Source: the human T2T-CHM13v2.0 reference genome, Homo sapiens
Assembly (NCBI GenBank): GCA_009914755.4
Contig: CP068257.2
Coordinates: 35,136,001 to 35,200,000, forward strand
DNA: 64,000 nt
Direction of reading: 5' to 3'
Each line of letters starts with the position of its first letter. The first letter of the stretch is position 1. Positions 45,651-61,543 of this stretch are shown piece after piece. Both the position numbers and the translations under genes were made by a program. The notes under the pieces were generated by a model. It worked only from the letters and a program-made list of their open reading frames with translations. It ran no database searches and was not told where the DNA came from.

Positions 45651-47989
45651 GGATATGTAAAAATTATATCTGAGTTGAACTACAGTTTATTTATATATCC
45701 AGGCAGCAAATAAATGTGAGAATCTGGAGGTGAGGGAAGAGATCAGAGATACCACCTTGGAAACCATCAATTTAGAGATGATTCTTAAGGCAGGGGACTA
45801 AGGGACACTCTGTAGGACACAGACATAGAGAAGGGAAGGGGCTGCGGCCTGAACACCCCACCTGCATGCTCACTCACATACTTTCGTCGGCCTGTGTTAA
45901 CGAAGTGCTGGGTCTCCCCAGCCTCTCTCATCTGTAAGCAGTGCCAACAACGTCCAACACAGTTCCATCCAATTTGGATCTGCCAGATTTCCAAGGAGCC
46001 GAAAACTTGACCCTACAAATCAGAGTCCCGAATTCAGCCCAGAGGCTCAGAAAGTTGCTCCAGTTTTCTAAGCCTCAGTTCTCAAATTTGGAAAAATAGA
46101 AATTCAGTAACTATCCAAAATCATAGGGTTGTTTGTGGACAACTAATAAGAATAAAATGTAAACATTTAGACACGCAAGCCCCGTGAGGAAAATCCAGCC
46201 GTCCCTCTTTCTAATCAGGGTGGTGTGAGTTTCCTATGACCCATTTCCACCATTTCCACATTTATGAACCGTGATCAACATTAGACACTGAAAACACAGG
46301 AAAACAACTTCTGGACAAATCACTGTGAGCTCAAATGACCCCGCAGACTCTGTGGCCAGCTTGACCCCACCACTCCATCATCAAAGAGGACCATGGTGAG
46401 AGCCTGAGGGATGAGGCACTACTTGTTGATGCTGGCAGGGATCAGCAGAAACATATGTTTTCATGCTGAAAACAGAAGACACAGATGTGGGCACACTTAG
46501 AATGCACTCCTGGCACACAGTGGGTACTCCGTAACTACTTGGTGAACAAAGAGACACAAAGAAACAGCAGTCATTTGAACAATCAGCTGAGAAAACAGAG
46601 ACTCTGTGACCAAGCTCTCCATCAGGTATGGAACAGATGCAGTCGCAGGAATGATAACAGTCACAAGGAAAGCTGAGGGTGGCTCCCTGCCGGTACCGCT
46701 CTTGGCAGTTTATGGGAAATTATTCATCCTATGGAGCAGCACTATTATTAACCCCGTTGTACCAGTGAGGAAACAGAGGCAGGAAGGTACTAGAATTACT
46801 CCCACTTCATAGGTTAAGGAAACTAAAACCCACCAAAATGGCAGGGCTGGGACTTGAACCTAGGTCATCAGGCTATGGGGTTCCACGGACTATGGCTCAG
46901 CTATAATACTACGCGATATTCTCTCCCATCTTCAGAATGTTTGCTTCACTTCAAGTAAAAGACAGTAACTAAAAATTCTCTTTCCATCATCTGTTACCTT
47001 AAAACAGCCTAACTCACAAAACTTCACAACGCAAGCCCAGGTATTATGGAACCCACCAAGAATAGCAAGTTCAGTGTTGGCTGCCATTTCTAAGTGGACA
47101 GTGTTAATTCCCTCCACTTAGTTGAGGGGCGGAGAGAGGTGTTGAAGGAAAGAGATGAGATGACAAGTCTGAAGTGGCTTCATCACAAAGCATCCATGGC
47201 TGTGATATGTAGCTGTGTCATCCATGGCAACATTCGCCTGAATGGAGATTGTATTATGGACATTGTTCTGGGATGCCTGAGGCTGATGACATGGGACATG
47301 CCGGAAATTTATGTATTTCCTACATAAATATGCAGCTGAACATATTTATGTAGGAAAATTAAAGACCAGACTGGTCAATCACTGGTAAGCCGTCAATGCC
47401 CCCTCAATGATTACCCTTGTCATTCGTGCCAGCCAAAACACACCCAGTTCACAATAGAGACGCAAGTAACTTTTCAACCTGCAACTGACCGCTAGAAATT
47501 GATTTTAGTAGTTGCCTCTATCCTGTGATATTTTAGAAATCAGGTTATCATGCATAATTAGCTCTCCAGCCCAAATCATCTGTGCCACATTCTATTATAA
47601 CAATGGGAGAGGTTATGACAATCAAGAAAAGGAAAAAAACACAGGCATCTGTCTCATAGTTCAATTTTAACAGGAATAAAAATAATTTGAAAGAAAGAAC
47701 AAATACATAGATCAAGGCCACATCTGCCATCTCATTGCAAGGCACATGCCCATCCTGTCTACAAAGCTTTTGGCATAGCATGTCTGGTGCACAGTAAGTA
47801 CTTAATCAGTGGCAGTTCATCTTTTTATTATTATTAATGTTTCTAGCATGAATGGATCTCAGAGAGTCTATTAACTTTCCTTCCTAGTCAAGGGATGCAC
47901 AAAAATTTAGCAAAACTTCAGATATTAATTTGCTTCACTGTGAGTAGTTATGTTCTATTTATAAAAATTGCAAACAGATTGATTTCCTT

Positions 47990-48140
47990 TCTTTTTTTTT
48001 TTTAAATTTTTTAATTTCTTTTATAGAGACAGTTATCTAACTATGTTGCCCAAGCTGGTCTCAAACTCCTGGTCTCAAGCAATCCTCATGCCTTGGCCTC
48101 CCAAAGTATTGGGACTACAGGTGTGAGCCACTGCATTCAG
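47990..48140 (-). mobile_element. Partial Alu (reverse, about one monomer)
   Basis: Reads T-rich ... ATAGAGACAGTTATCTAACTATGTTGCCCAAGCTGGTCTCAAACTCCTGG ... GACTACAGGTGTGAGCCACTGCATTCAGC. Confidence 0.75.
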
Positions 48141-51100
48141 CATTGATCTTATTTTCATTTGCAATTTTAGCAGCAATATGATATATATAATATTCTTTAA
48201 TAACAATATTCATAATGTATATGACATAAGGTATACAAGAATACAACTATTTTATACACTAACAGTAGCAAATAATATTCTCTTTCAAAATTGTGATTCA
48301 TCGAGGCAGGCTAACATTAGCTGAAACAAGTCCAACTGCAGTGGCCCAAGTCCAGGGCTAGTCAGGCAGCTCTCCTCCAAGCAGTGACTGAGGGCCACAG
48401 GCCTCTTGCAACTTGGGATGCCGCCATTTTCCCACAAGGCCTCCAAGATTGCGGCATAAGGGGAAAGGGACAGTGGGAGAATCTCATGGGCCAGGCCTGG
48501 AAGAAGCGTACTTCATGTCCATCTGTCTGTTGGTTGTCCAGGCAACGCCAGCCCAACTGAAAGGGGACTATGCGCCCAGGAGAAAAATGAAATAGGGTTG
48601 GGAATCACTGTTTTCTGTGTCATAAACATTCTCTCCGTGGACAATTAACATCTGCCTTGTACTTTACAGATGTTTACACGGCACTTTTCACTATGTCTTA
48701 TTTATTCATTCAGAAAATTTAGTCAATAAAAAAAGTTGAAAAGTTGCTATTGTTATTGCCATTTTCCAGGTGAAGAAACTGCGGCTTGGAGAAGTAATTT
48801 AGCATCCAAGCAGATGAGTGGCACAGCCAAGGCTTCATTCCCTGACCTCCGCATCCAAATCTCAAGCCCTTTCCACTTTTCTTTGCGTCGTACTGAACTT
48901 CAAGAAGAACAGAGATCCTGTGATAAAACAGATTTATGACAGAAGTAGGGTTACCTTTTCACTCCCAATGGGATCCAGTGTTGTGTAGTTCCATAAAAAA
49001 GGCACGATCCCCACACAATTCAACGGAACAGCCTGAGAGCAGGCTTTCACCAGTCCATAGTCATATATGAGCCAGTACAGGGAGTGTTTCAAAACTGAAA
49101 TAGAAGTTAATATCCTGATAATCTCAAAATAAGACTTCTAATTCTTATTTTAGAGGTCAAAGAGATGGGTGTAGATATGGGTGAACATGATTAAATCAAA
49201 ATTATGGATGTGAAGAAAAACTCTGGGCGATCAGGGTCCAGTTCCTAACCCTGTCCCCTTAACTAGACATGAAACCCATGTGGAATACTCATTGTCATGG
49301 TGACAACCGGGTGGATGGAGTTTGAAGACAGGTCAGAACACACTACTAGGTCCACAAAGCCCAAGGCGTCACTGAGCTGGGTGTGAAGTGGCTGTCTGGC
49401 ACATCTTCTTCCATTGACAAGCCGGCCTTTGTGATGAGAAGGAGGCTCATGGCACAGTCTCAGCTGAGTCCACTCCTGCAGGCAGGCAGCAGGGAGGACA
49501 AAACGTCCCCAGCTTCCTTCTCCATGGTCTCTGCCTAGAGAGCATCAGTATTTCGATGTTCAGCATGGAATAGACTTCCATAACATTGAAAGCAGTGATC
49601 TTCTCTTTTCAAAACAAGGTGTTGTATGCAGTATTAAATCTGGATTCCAGAAACGCTCGCACAGGGCGACCTTGTGTGCAGAAGTTTATTGCCAAGGTTC
49701 CAGTTTATGCCCACGAGGCGCACAGCGAGGCTTCTGGAGGCAGCAGCTTGCTTTTGGCATTCCCTTACAGAGCTCAGAGCCCCGACAGGTTTTGGCTGTA
49801 AGAAGTATCCCGCAACTGATTTATTCCTCAATTTCAATTATTTTTTTCTCTACATGAATCATTTCCATGTTTCCAAAGCAGAAGTAGAAAGAAAGAAAAA
49901 AAAACTCATAAGGTGAAAAAAACTTCCAAAGTGTTTTGTTTTGTTTTGTTTGTTTTTTTATTGAAAAAAAAAAAAGCCTGCAATACAGGAATGGATTTGC
50001 TATCAAACATCCATTTCAGGAAACCACCAGGTAGAATCGGGCAATTTGATGGGCAATTGGGTCTCAATTTCCCCATCAGGAACAACGTCTGTGCACACAC
50101 ACATACACACATTCACTCCCAAGCCATCCACCTCACCAGACCATGAGCTTTTAGGGAGACCGAATTCCAGCCAGGAAGGCAGTTTCCTTTTCACTGTACC
50201 AACATAATGCTTCATTACACCAAGACACAGCACTCTCCGATCTGCCAGGTCAATAAAGAATGAAGCTTAAAATTCACAGTCACCTTTACAATGCTAAGCA
50301 TTTCAACCTTAAATGAATGTGCAGTCCACCAATCCGCTTCCCCGGCCTGCATCCAGCTCTTCCCGTAGCTGAGGCTCAAATGATCTTCCACGGGGTCCAT
50401 TAGTTCCTCTTGGCTGGTCCCTGGGTTCAATGCAACGCTCCCAGCAGGTACGGTAACTGCCACTCATCTGAAACTCCCAAGTTACACTCTGCCTCACTGA
50501 CAAGGGCATGGGGCGCTGCCTCCTATTCTGTTTTGTGGGTTCTTTGATCACCAGAAGGAATTTCGAGCCACTGTGCTAAGTAACTCGAGTTACTCATAGG
50601 CTGGGATCCCAGAAGCCGCTGGGTTCCTCCATATACCATCAGAAGCTGAGCTTCTCCAGAGGACACTGAAGAGGCTGCTCAAGAACCCTACAGCAGGTTG
50701 TCCCAGAATTACCCACCATGACCTAGGTAGCTGACTAAATGCCACAGCCCACCTGAAGTTTCCCCAGGCAAACACCTGGAGTGTCTCATGACTAAGCAAG
50801 ATGTCCTATGGAGCTAAAAATAACCCTCCTATCCCTTCCTCCTCCTGCCATCCCCATCTCTCTGACCCTCTGTGGTCCTCAAAGGGCATTTAAGATTTGA
50901 GTTTCCTGGCCAGAACGTGGGCAAGTGCTTGTATTTATTTGCTATTTACTAACTGCTGCCATAGTAGATGGCGTTTCTAAAACGGTATAAAACATCTACC
51001 AACAACATCAGGTTTTTGGTATTCTATATGTGACTGTTAAAATAAAAATGGACCTTGGCTACCTATAATGAATGAGCCAAGTAAAAGCACTCCAATCCTG

Positions 51101-54100
51101 GCGTCCAATTCTATCAGCTGATATTTGACACAGGGTTTGACAGTTGACAAACTGTCTCTCCATGGTTCCCTCTTAACAGCTCCATGAGGTGGCAGGGCCA
51201 GTACAATCATCCTTGTTTTGTATCTGAGCAAAGGACATTGTGGAGAGATTAAGCAAGGCTACAAAATCGGTGAAGGATTCCGACTTTCCACTACAGCAAG
51301 AGGTCTCAGTGCATGGCTAGCCCTAGGCGATGCCAGAAACATGACGACATAAGTAATACTTTTTTTAATAGCAAAGAAAGCAAGCCAGTAAGATGTCCAG
51401 CTTGGGAAATATGAAGTTGGCAAGGACAAAAGATGCCTCCAAATTTTAAAGAAAAAAAAATTTCTCTCTCGGTTAACCCTCACTACTCCATCAAGAGTAA
51501 CAGCAGAGTCCAGGTATCCCCTGGAAGTGGGTCAGGTTCGGGTCTGCACTGTCTTCCTTGCTTCCAGGTACCTTCCTCCTCCCAGGCCGCACGGAGTCCC
51601 GGGCCCGGCTCCGGGCGCTGTGTTTACAGGCAGGGCGGCAGGAAGGACATGACCTCCCCAGCTCTGCGGCAGGTTAAGCAGCCTGATTGAACGTGGCTGC
51701 TAATTAAGGGCCCCTCTTGTCTGGCAGGGCCACCAGGGTACCTTCTGCACTTGTTCATGACCACTGCACCTCGCTCAGAAATTAACTCTTGATGAGTGCA
51801 GACAGGGGCCCAGCTGGTCCTCCCGAGTCCTCCCAAGTAGATAAATGAAGTGTAATAAGAATGCCGCTGACTGCCAAGGGAAGAGGGGCTCTCCGTGACC
51901 TCTTGGTAAAATCCAGAGTATACTTTTACTATGACTTAATTCTCTGCACTGGGGACACCTAACGTAGCCAGGAATGGTGTGAACAGACCACTAGCCACAG
52001 GGACAGCATAGAGGCGTCCATCACTAGACGTCCACTTCATGAAGTAGGAGTTAAAAGAATAAAGAGGTAATTTATGAGAAACTAATTTTCAATTGACAAA
52101 TATTTTCAGGAGGTGTGATGACCTACTTTTCTCCATAACTCTTCATGGGCCCAGGGACAATGGTGGCTCCTATTACAGTTTGCAAATGGTACAATCATTC
52201 CGCTCAGGTTTAAAATATTAAATGCTCATCTTCTATCACTTACAGAGGGATTCTTTCCCTGAAGCTCTATTTAAGGAGAGGGAAATTGCGGCCGTCATTG
52301 TCCAGGCCTCCCACATACAGAAACTTGGTAGACAGACATGTTCTGGGTCACATGGCTAAGCTGTACTGACATGCTGCTCGAGTCCAGAGGTATCGCCATT
52401 GAGTTCAGCACAGTCAGGACCAGAGCCTTTTCCACCATTCATCTCAGGAAGCCAACACACACAGCTGGTAAGGGGGAGGGCTTGGAGCTAGGAGACTGGG
52501 AACTGTGTGTGGTCAGAAGCCACCTCACTGCCCTGGCCCACAGTGTGGTTCCCTGTGTGACATCATCTTTGAGATATGACAGAGACAAAAAGCAGGCTGA
52601 GAGTCCCTGCTCTGGACTCTAGATCACAATGAAGCCACATCTTTCTACAACTTTTGAAAGAAGCAGGTGAGGTTTCCGAAAAAAAAACCAAGTGAAATGA
52701 AAGGTGACGGTCAGTGTGCTATCTTTTGACCGCACAGCAAAAAAGTGGTTGCCGGGCTAGAAGCAAGATGGAAAGATGAAGAAATGGGCAGAAAAGGCAT
52801 TTGGTGCCTTGATGAAAAATTTCAAAAATAAAAGGGTCCCATGGTGAAACTAGAGCAATTCCCAGAAGACTAAATGTGGGAGGAATGGGACGAGGTAGGG
52901 GAAGTCAGCAGAGACTCTAAGTTGTTTAAGAGAGCGTATTACTTATCTATTGCTGTGTAACAAATGAACGCAAAACTAAGCAGCCCGAGACAACTTAAGA
53001 AACCCACGATTTCCGTGTGCCTGGAGTCTGGGTTGGCTCAGCAGGATGCCTTTAGCTCAGGGTCTCTCACAAGGCTGCACTCAAGGTGTCAGCGGGCACT
53101 GTGGTCATCTCAAGGCTTGCCTGGGGGGGTGGCTCCGCCTCCACTTTGTCCCTTCCCAACCTCATCTGTAGTCTGCCACAGGCCTCGGTGCCCCAGTAGC
53201 TGCTAATCTTTTGCCATGGGGCTACTCATAGCACGTCAGCTTGCTTCCCTCAGAGCTGGGGGTAGGGAGAAGAGGAAAAGCAAGCAAGACAGAAGTCACC
53301 CAGAAGTGCAAAAAAGGAGTTGCCATCCCATTACTTTTGCCATATTTGATTTGTTAGAAGTGATCCAGTAGGTCCGACCCACCTGCAAGGGGAGAGGCTT
53401 ACGCAAGAGCATGAAAACCTGAGGACAGAGACCACCAGGACCAACAAAGGCTGTGGACCACAGAGACACTCTTTATTCATGGAATAAACCTGGAGCCTGA
53501 TTCTCCCAAGGCGAGCCTCCTGAAATGATAGAAGCTACGGAGGGAGGCCACATGCTAGGCCACATGTCAGCATTATTACTGTTCATCATTCATTCAGGGC
53601 CCACAAAAGCGAGAGCATCTCCATACGGGTGTGGATTTTAAAATCAGGAAAGCAGGCCAGATAGAATTCATGCTTAGGCACAGCTGCTCAGAACTGACCA
53701 CCCTAAGGGGCCCACTGTTAATAACTCATCCTTTCTGATGATCCGCCCACTGCCTGGTGTGGCTGCTGCCACTGTTCAGCTCTGTCCCCTGCCCTGAGAA
53801 ACATGTGCTGCCAGAGGTTCGTCCTCACAATAATAACCGCTAACACTGAGTGACAGCATGTGATGGTCAAGTACAGAGTCTGGCACTTTATGTTCATCAC
53901 CGCGTTTCATCCTCACCACGACCCTGTTCTGTGGATCCGGCTGGACGCATCCAGAGGTGGGAGTCCCTGTGGTCTGGGCACTGATCAGTGCCTGAATGTT
54001 CTCAGGGACACTCCCCTTCATTAAAGCAGACAGTTAGACATTAACAGGTCTCATGACTCAATATATAACTGAATTGTTATATTATGGGCACATTGCACAA

Positions 54101-55116
54101 CTGTTCACTTAGAAAATCTAAAAGAATCAGCTAAAAACTATTAGAAAAACTTAGTGAAGTGTATAAAATGAAACACTACCGTGCCACTTTAGGACTCTGG
54201 CAATAGCTAAAAAGTAAGTTTTGTGATAACTCATGTTCATTGTAGAAAATCTAGAAAATAAAAAAAAAAAAAGTAAGACTAAGGCATTAAGTCACTCATG
54301 ACTTTACCAAAAGACATTTTGGTATATTTTCTTTGATGCATTTTTCTATGTTACATGGGTGACTATATCATTGTATTTTAAAAAATTGTTGTCATACTAC
54401 ACTAGCTGAGCATCTTGCTTTTTTCACTTAATGTAACATTGGGAGCATTTTCCCATGCTCATGTTCTTCAAAAACCCAAGGTTAAATGGTTACTGAATAG
54501 CTCATCATATTATTACAACCTAATTTTAAAAAACTATTTCCTTTTACTCATTTAGTCAAAAAAATCAAATTTTTTTCCTCTGTTCCCCATTTCCTGTCTT
54601 TAAAAAATTATTTGAATATCCATTTCAGTTCTTCTATTGGCTTAACACATATTTATTTACATTTTTAAGTTGGCTGCAAGTTAGAAATATAAGTTTTCAC
54701 AGTCTGCCTACAGTCAGTACTGTACAACCTCTATAATAAAGAACTCTTCTCACCATCGAGGTCCGTATCTACCCCTGGTCTTTACCTTACAGCTGTTACA
54801 TGTATCTCATCTATAGATGTTATAAGCCTCGCAAGACAGTGTTATAATTTTTGCTTAAAATTCTTATATGATTAACAATGAAATTAAGAAGAAAAAAGCA
54901 GAAAGAAAACTAGTATTTTGTGTTGATCCAAATATTTACCAGTCCAGTAGTCTTTACTCTTTTCCAAGGACCTGAGTTCCCAACTGGTATTATTTCCCTT
55001 TAACTGGAAGAAGTTCCTGCAGCATTTCTTACAGTGCAGGTCTGCTGGTGATAAATTCTTTTTTCTTTTATCGAAAAATGCCTTTATTTCCCTTCAATCT
55101 TAGAAGGATATTTCTA

Positions 55117-55441
<325 letters not shown>

Positions 55442-55949
55442 TTAGAATTTTCTGATTCTCTTTCAGTACCTTGAAGATGTTATTCCATGCCGTTCTGGTC
55501 TGCAAGGTTTCCAGTGAGAAGTCAGCCATTAACTGGATTATTACTGTATGGCTTTTCTCTTGTTGCTTTCAAGATTTGCTCTTCAACTTTGGTTTTCAAA
55601 AGTTTGCAAGAACCAGCGTGGGATTTTTAAATATTTATTCTTATTGGTGTTTCTTGAGCATATGATCTTATATCTGTAAATTTCTACTTGTCACTGAATT
55701 CTGAAATTTTTTAGCTATTATTTCTTCTACTATTTTTTTCTGCTCCATTTTCTCTTTTTCCTCTGTCATTTTCCCCCTCTCTGCCTTCAGCTGTTAAGTC
55801 CACTCAGTAAATTTTTATTTGAGATAACTATTTTCAGTTCTAGAATTTCCATTTGGTTCTTCTTTTTATCATTCTATTTCTCTGCTGAGCTATCTTATCT
55901 TTTCATTCATAGTGAGCATATATCATGTTATTTCATTTAGGATAGTTTT

Positions 55950-56252
55950 GTTTTGCTTTGCTTTGAGACAAGGTCTTACTCTGTCACCCAGGCTGGAGTG
56001 CAGTGGTGTGATCATGGCTCACTGCAGCCATGACCTCCTGGGCCCAAGCAATCCTCCCACCTGAGCCTCCCCAGTAGCTGGGACTACAAGGGCACACTAC
56101 CATGCCCAGCTAATTTTTGTATTTTTTGTAGACATGGGGTTTCCCTGTGTTGCCCAGACTGGTCTCAGACTCTGAGGTGGGCTCAAGCAATATGCCCACC
56201 CCAGCTTCCCAAAGTGTCGGGATTACAGGCGTGAGCCGTGGCACCCAGCCAT
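55950..56252 (-). mobile_element. Alu SINE (reverse), nested in the L1
   Basis: Reads (TTTGC)n TTTGAGACAAGGTCTTACTCTGTCACCCAGGCTGGAGTGCAGTGG ... GAGCCGTGGCACCCAGCC. Confidence 0.9.
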
Positions 56253-58987
56253 TTAGTATAGTTATAACAGCCACTGGAAAACCTTGTGTGACTCTCCATA
56301 TCTGCTTCCCCTTGGGGTTGAACTTCATTTGATTTCTCTTTTTCTTGATTTGAGACAGTATTCTATTTCCTTGGTTCTTCAAATGTTGGTTATTTTAGCT
56401 TTGTATCCCAGATGTGAGGAAGGTTAAACTGTAGAGGTTTGGGATTTTGCGATTTTTCTTGGATGACTGTTAGTTCTTTTGGTTGGCAATTAGCTGAACC
56501 TGAACTGCAAACTCTGACCCTTTCGGCAGCAAGCACAGATTTTTTTGTCATTATTGTGATCTGAGTCTATTCTATGCATGTATGGTTCAGCGATCAAAGA
56601 TGTATATAAACAGAATTTGGGGATCCCCTCTCCAGCCCTTTTCTTCTAGGAGTCCCTCTCACTGCACCACCTGCCCTTGGCCCTGAGCTTACTTGGTGCA
56701 GCTCAAGAGTGCAGCTCAAGACCCACCTTGTCCCAACGAGGTTCTCCCACCATAAACTGGCCTGCTTCTGCTCACTCTCAATGGCTTCAGGCAGCTGCTT
56801 TCTGAATTATACCCAGTTTTCATAGTTATTTTCTGTATGTGGGGGTGGGAGGGATGGAGGTGGGAGGATCTGTCTGGTAAGATCTTGATCTGCCATTCTC
56901 AGAAGAAGAAGTTCCCAGACCTTTGTATCTAAATACCATTCCCCACTAAAAGGAACCAGAGTTCCTTCTAAAAATGTAGAAAGTAAAATATAAAAACAGC
57001 TCATTCCAGAGCTGGGTACAAGGTTACGCCTGGAATGCCTTATTATGCCAGAGAGTGAGGAAGTGATCAAAGATCCAAGAGGCCCTGTCAAAAGGAGATG
57101 GGAGCCTACTTTTCAAACCAAATCTGGGATAATTTGAGCAAAGAGAATAAGGATCATAATTAATAATAAAATTCTGAAGAAAAGAGAGACTTAATAGTCC
57201 ACAGTGCTGATTGAGAGGAAAAGGAAGAGAAGCATATTACTCATTTAATTGGCAGATAAAACTGAATGTATTTGTCATGTACAACACGATGTTTTGAAGT
57301 ACCTACACATTATGAAATTACTAAATCTAGCTAATTAACATATGTATTACCTCACACTGTTACCATTTGTTACATTTTTAACTGATGACGTATCTCTCAT
57401 TTATTGGACTGATAACGTATCTATTCCTCATTCACTGGATTCTACCCAGAAACAGCACACTTTCACCCTTTCATGGTACAGCTGCCATGCTCTTCACAAT
57501 GTTATTATTCTAGACTATTACAGTACAAGCTAGCAGTGACCTATTTATCTTTTAGGATCATGAACAATATATATCACTTCATTTCTAGAAACTGATCTTC
57601 AAAAACTATAACCTACTGCAGGACAGGTGAGGCCAGGGAGGCGGACACCTCTGCCTCCAGGAGGCTACTCTGTGCCTCAAGAACCAAAGAACGAGGGGAG
57701 TTCGACCACTGCCTGTACAGAGCCCGAATGCCCTCCCTGCTGCTGTTCTAATGCATGTCCCATCTGCAATGTTAGAAAACAAGCTTCAGCTTGATACAGT
57801 GGAACTTGGCAGATGGCACAGTTTGCTTGTTACAGAACTAAGTATGAAAATAAATTCATTTAGTAGTGCTCCTTGGAGAAATGTGGTTCAGAAGTCAAAT
57901 AATTTTAAAAGACCTCTTTCCCATGTAAGACACCCATGAAACAATGCTCTGGTCATAATTAGTCTCTAACCTTTCAAAATGCCTGCTTCAGTGACCTCAC
58001 CTGCTATTGAACACGATGCCTGCAGATGGTGTGAGGTGGCCAAAGGGTGGAGGACTGGCAGCGGGGGCTGCAGCGGCTGCTGTGACCAGCCACTCACTTG
58101 CTGAAGGATCAGGGAGAGACACTGTGTCTCTCTGGGTCTCGGCTTCTTAACCTGTGAAACCCAGGGGTTGGGGAAAAGCTCGCCAAGCCCCCCTCCTGCT
58201 TTGGCATCCTGTGAGTCTTTATTGTCCTGGGCTAGCTGGGACCCCTAGGACACTGGGTGGCTCCTTCCACCCCACATGATCATTCTGCTCAACAAGAACT
58301 TGCAGGAGCCACAGACCTGCCTCACAAACATGAGGAAGCGCATCCTTCTACAAAGCGAGAGGCTTGAGGTGTGTGTATAGCCAGGTCAAGGTGAAAGCTA
58401 CTGAGGTTTTGCGGAATCAACTCTGTATCAAATCTTCTCTCTCTATCCTTCTCAGAGTCTGATCAAACTGGGAGGTAACAGATTCTCAACAAATCTCAAG
58501 GAGAGGGAGGAAAATATCTACCTACTATGGAATTATCTGTAATTTTTCTAACACACAGAGTATGTTAGCTAAAGCTTTAATGCCCCCTATCCTTTCTGTC
58601 ACTTACGGTACGCTTTATCCTTTGATTTTTGATCAACTGTTAGTCGCAGAATGAATATGCCTAAATTATCACTGAAATCTAGCAAATTATGTCTTAGAAT
58701 GTTAGTTTTAAAAATAAGTTTGAAAATCATTTTTATGAGTCTTTGTAAGCTCAAAAATATAGCTCTCATTATTTTGACTTAGTTTGTTTAAATTGCTAAG
58801 AAAATTATTTCCTCAAAAAACAGACACTGTACTCTTCACCAAATTTAGTATGTTGAAAACTGAAAATAAGAAATTACATATGAAAGAGCAAGCCAGAGAC
58901 AACATACCAATATACAGAAAAAATAGAGGAAAAAAATACTAAATTTTTCACCTCTGACTTTTCCTCCTTTTAAAAAGAAAAAAATCA

Positions 58988-59275
58988 GGGCTGGCGCGGT
59001 GGCTCCCACCTGTAATCCCAGCACTTTGGGAGGCCGAGGTGCGAGGATGGCTTGAGTCCAGGATTTCAAGACCAACCTGGGCAACAAAGTGAGACCCTGC
59101 CTCTATTAAAAATAAAAAAATTAGCCGGGCATGGTGCTACATGCCTATGGTCCCAGCTACTTGGGAAGCTGAGGTGGAAGGATTGCCTGAGCCTAGGAGT
59201 TCAAGGTTGCAGTGAGCTGTGATCATGCCACTACACTTCATCCTGAGCAACAGAGCGAGATTCTGTCTCAAAAAG
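58988..59275 (+). mobile_element. Alu SINE (older or FLAM-containing, diverged)
   Basis: Starts GGGCTGGCGCGGTGGCTCCCACCTGTAATCCCAGCACTTTGGGAGGCCGAGG and has an A/G-rich tail. Confidence 0.88.
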
Positions 59276-61030
59276 AGAAGAAAAGAAAAGATCTACCAGA
59301 AGCCTTGGGTCCCTGTTTTCTGGCAATATGCTATGCATATTTGCAAATATGTAAACTGCATGGATAATTTTGCTGTAACGAGGAATGTCACTTTACCAGA
59401 CTACAACTTTAATCAGCATTCCTCTGAACAAACTTGCTCATGATACTAAGCAACGCAAACATGCAGCCAAACAACTGGTGTTTTAATATTCTAGCTTCTA
59501 TTTCTTCCACGTCATAATTTCCTGTAATAATCTCACTCATGCCTGAACTCCACAGACATTCTTATTTATGTTTTTCAGGTCAGTATGCCAATAGCAAGAA
59601 GACTTGTTCTTGAAAGGTTGAGTTTTTCAAATGAGTCCTGAAAGAATTCTACCACACTGCCTATTTCCCAAGCAGGGATCATGGGAGAAAGGAAATTTTG
59701 AAGAAAATGGTTCTAATGCCATTTTGTTAAAAGTACTGAGAGATTTACAATGATCAAGTAATATGCCAGTTCTTTCAAAGGATGCCAACATCTGATGCCA
59801 ACATAATTACAAGTTGGAAAAATGTGTAATGAATCAGGCGGCTCATAATTTCCCTTAGAATATGTATGCACAACTTATTAAATGACATAAAAAGCAAAGA
59901 GTCACGGCAAATGTTGAAACCTTAAATCTGAGTTTCATTGCTTTGGGGCATTTTCGTCAAACTCCATCATCTGGAAGTACCTAACAATAAGAAATATTAG
60001 GTCACAAGCTGTTTTAGAAACACCTGTAATACCTTCACCTAATGAGGCCAATAAACGAGAGCTTCGTGTTCCTCATCAAATAAGAAAACTTAATAGTCAA
60101 ATCTGACATAATAAGCCCAAACTCAAACCCTGTAGAAATGGAAACACTCACATGGAGAGCATTTTCTCCTCCAAATTTTCGATTCTGCCAGGTCCCTCCC
60201 CTAAAGCCACCTGGTGGAAAAATGTGCCCCCAGTGCTAGGTCAGTGTGGGTTTCCCAGAGTAGGGCTTAATTCATGTGGTGGTCTTTGGAGGCTCAGAAA
60301 GAATAGAATAGAGTTTTCTCTTGATGGTCACTGTCCTCACCTCCTCCTGCTCTCCCCCAAACACACTACAACCTAGGTAAGGAGAAAGACCCTACTGACA
60401 TCTTATTCAAAACCCCCAATCCCACCCCTTTCAAGGTACTTGCCAGGGAGGTAAATGGTGGACTCTGCAGGTTTCCTCCTCCAAAATCATTTGTATACTT
60501 TGTCTATGGTCACTGTCTCCCCAAAAGGGCTATACTATCATTTTCTTCCAACTAGGGCTGTCAGATTTCACAAAGAAAAATACAGAATGCCCATTTAAAT
60601 GTGAATTTCAGATAAACAACAGATAATTTCTTAGTATGTCTCAAATCATGCATGGGATATACTTACACTAAAAAGCTATCTGTTGTTTATCTGAAACTCA
60701 AAATGAACAGGGCATCCCGGATTTTATCTGGCAAATTTATGCAAAACATTCATAATATGGGGAATGAGAAATTAACACAGTTACCTCTTTCTGGTAGTCC
60801 AGGAAGTAGAGAAAAGGCAGCTCTAAGAAGGGGTAGAGGTGAGAAAAGGGAAAATGTAAAGAGAAAATAAAGCCTTCCTTATTTTGGTAGAATTCCATGT
60901 GGTCCTTTACAAACTTTAACGTGCATACAAATCACCCAGGGACATTGTTAATTTAACATGTGGGTTCTGATTGGATAGGGTCGTGGAGTCTGGAATTCTC
61001 CATTTCTAATCCCTCTCCAGGCAATGCTGA

Positions 61031-61543
<513 letters not shown>

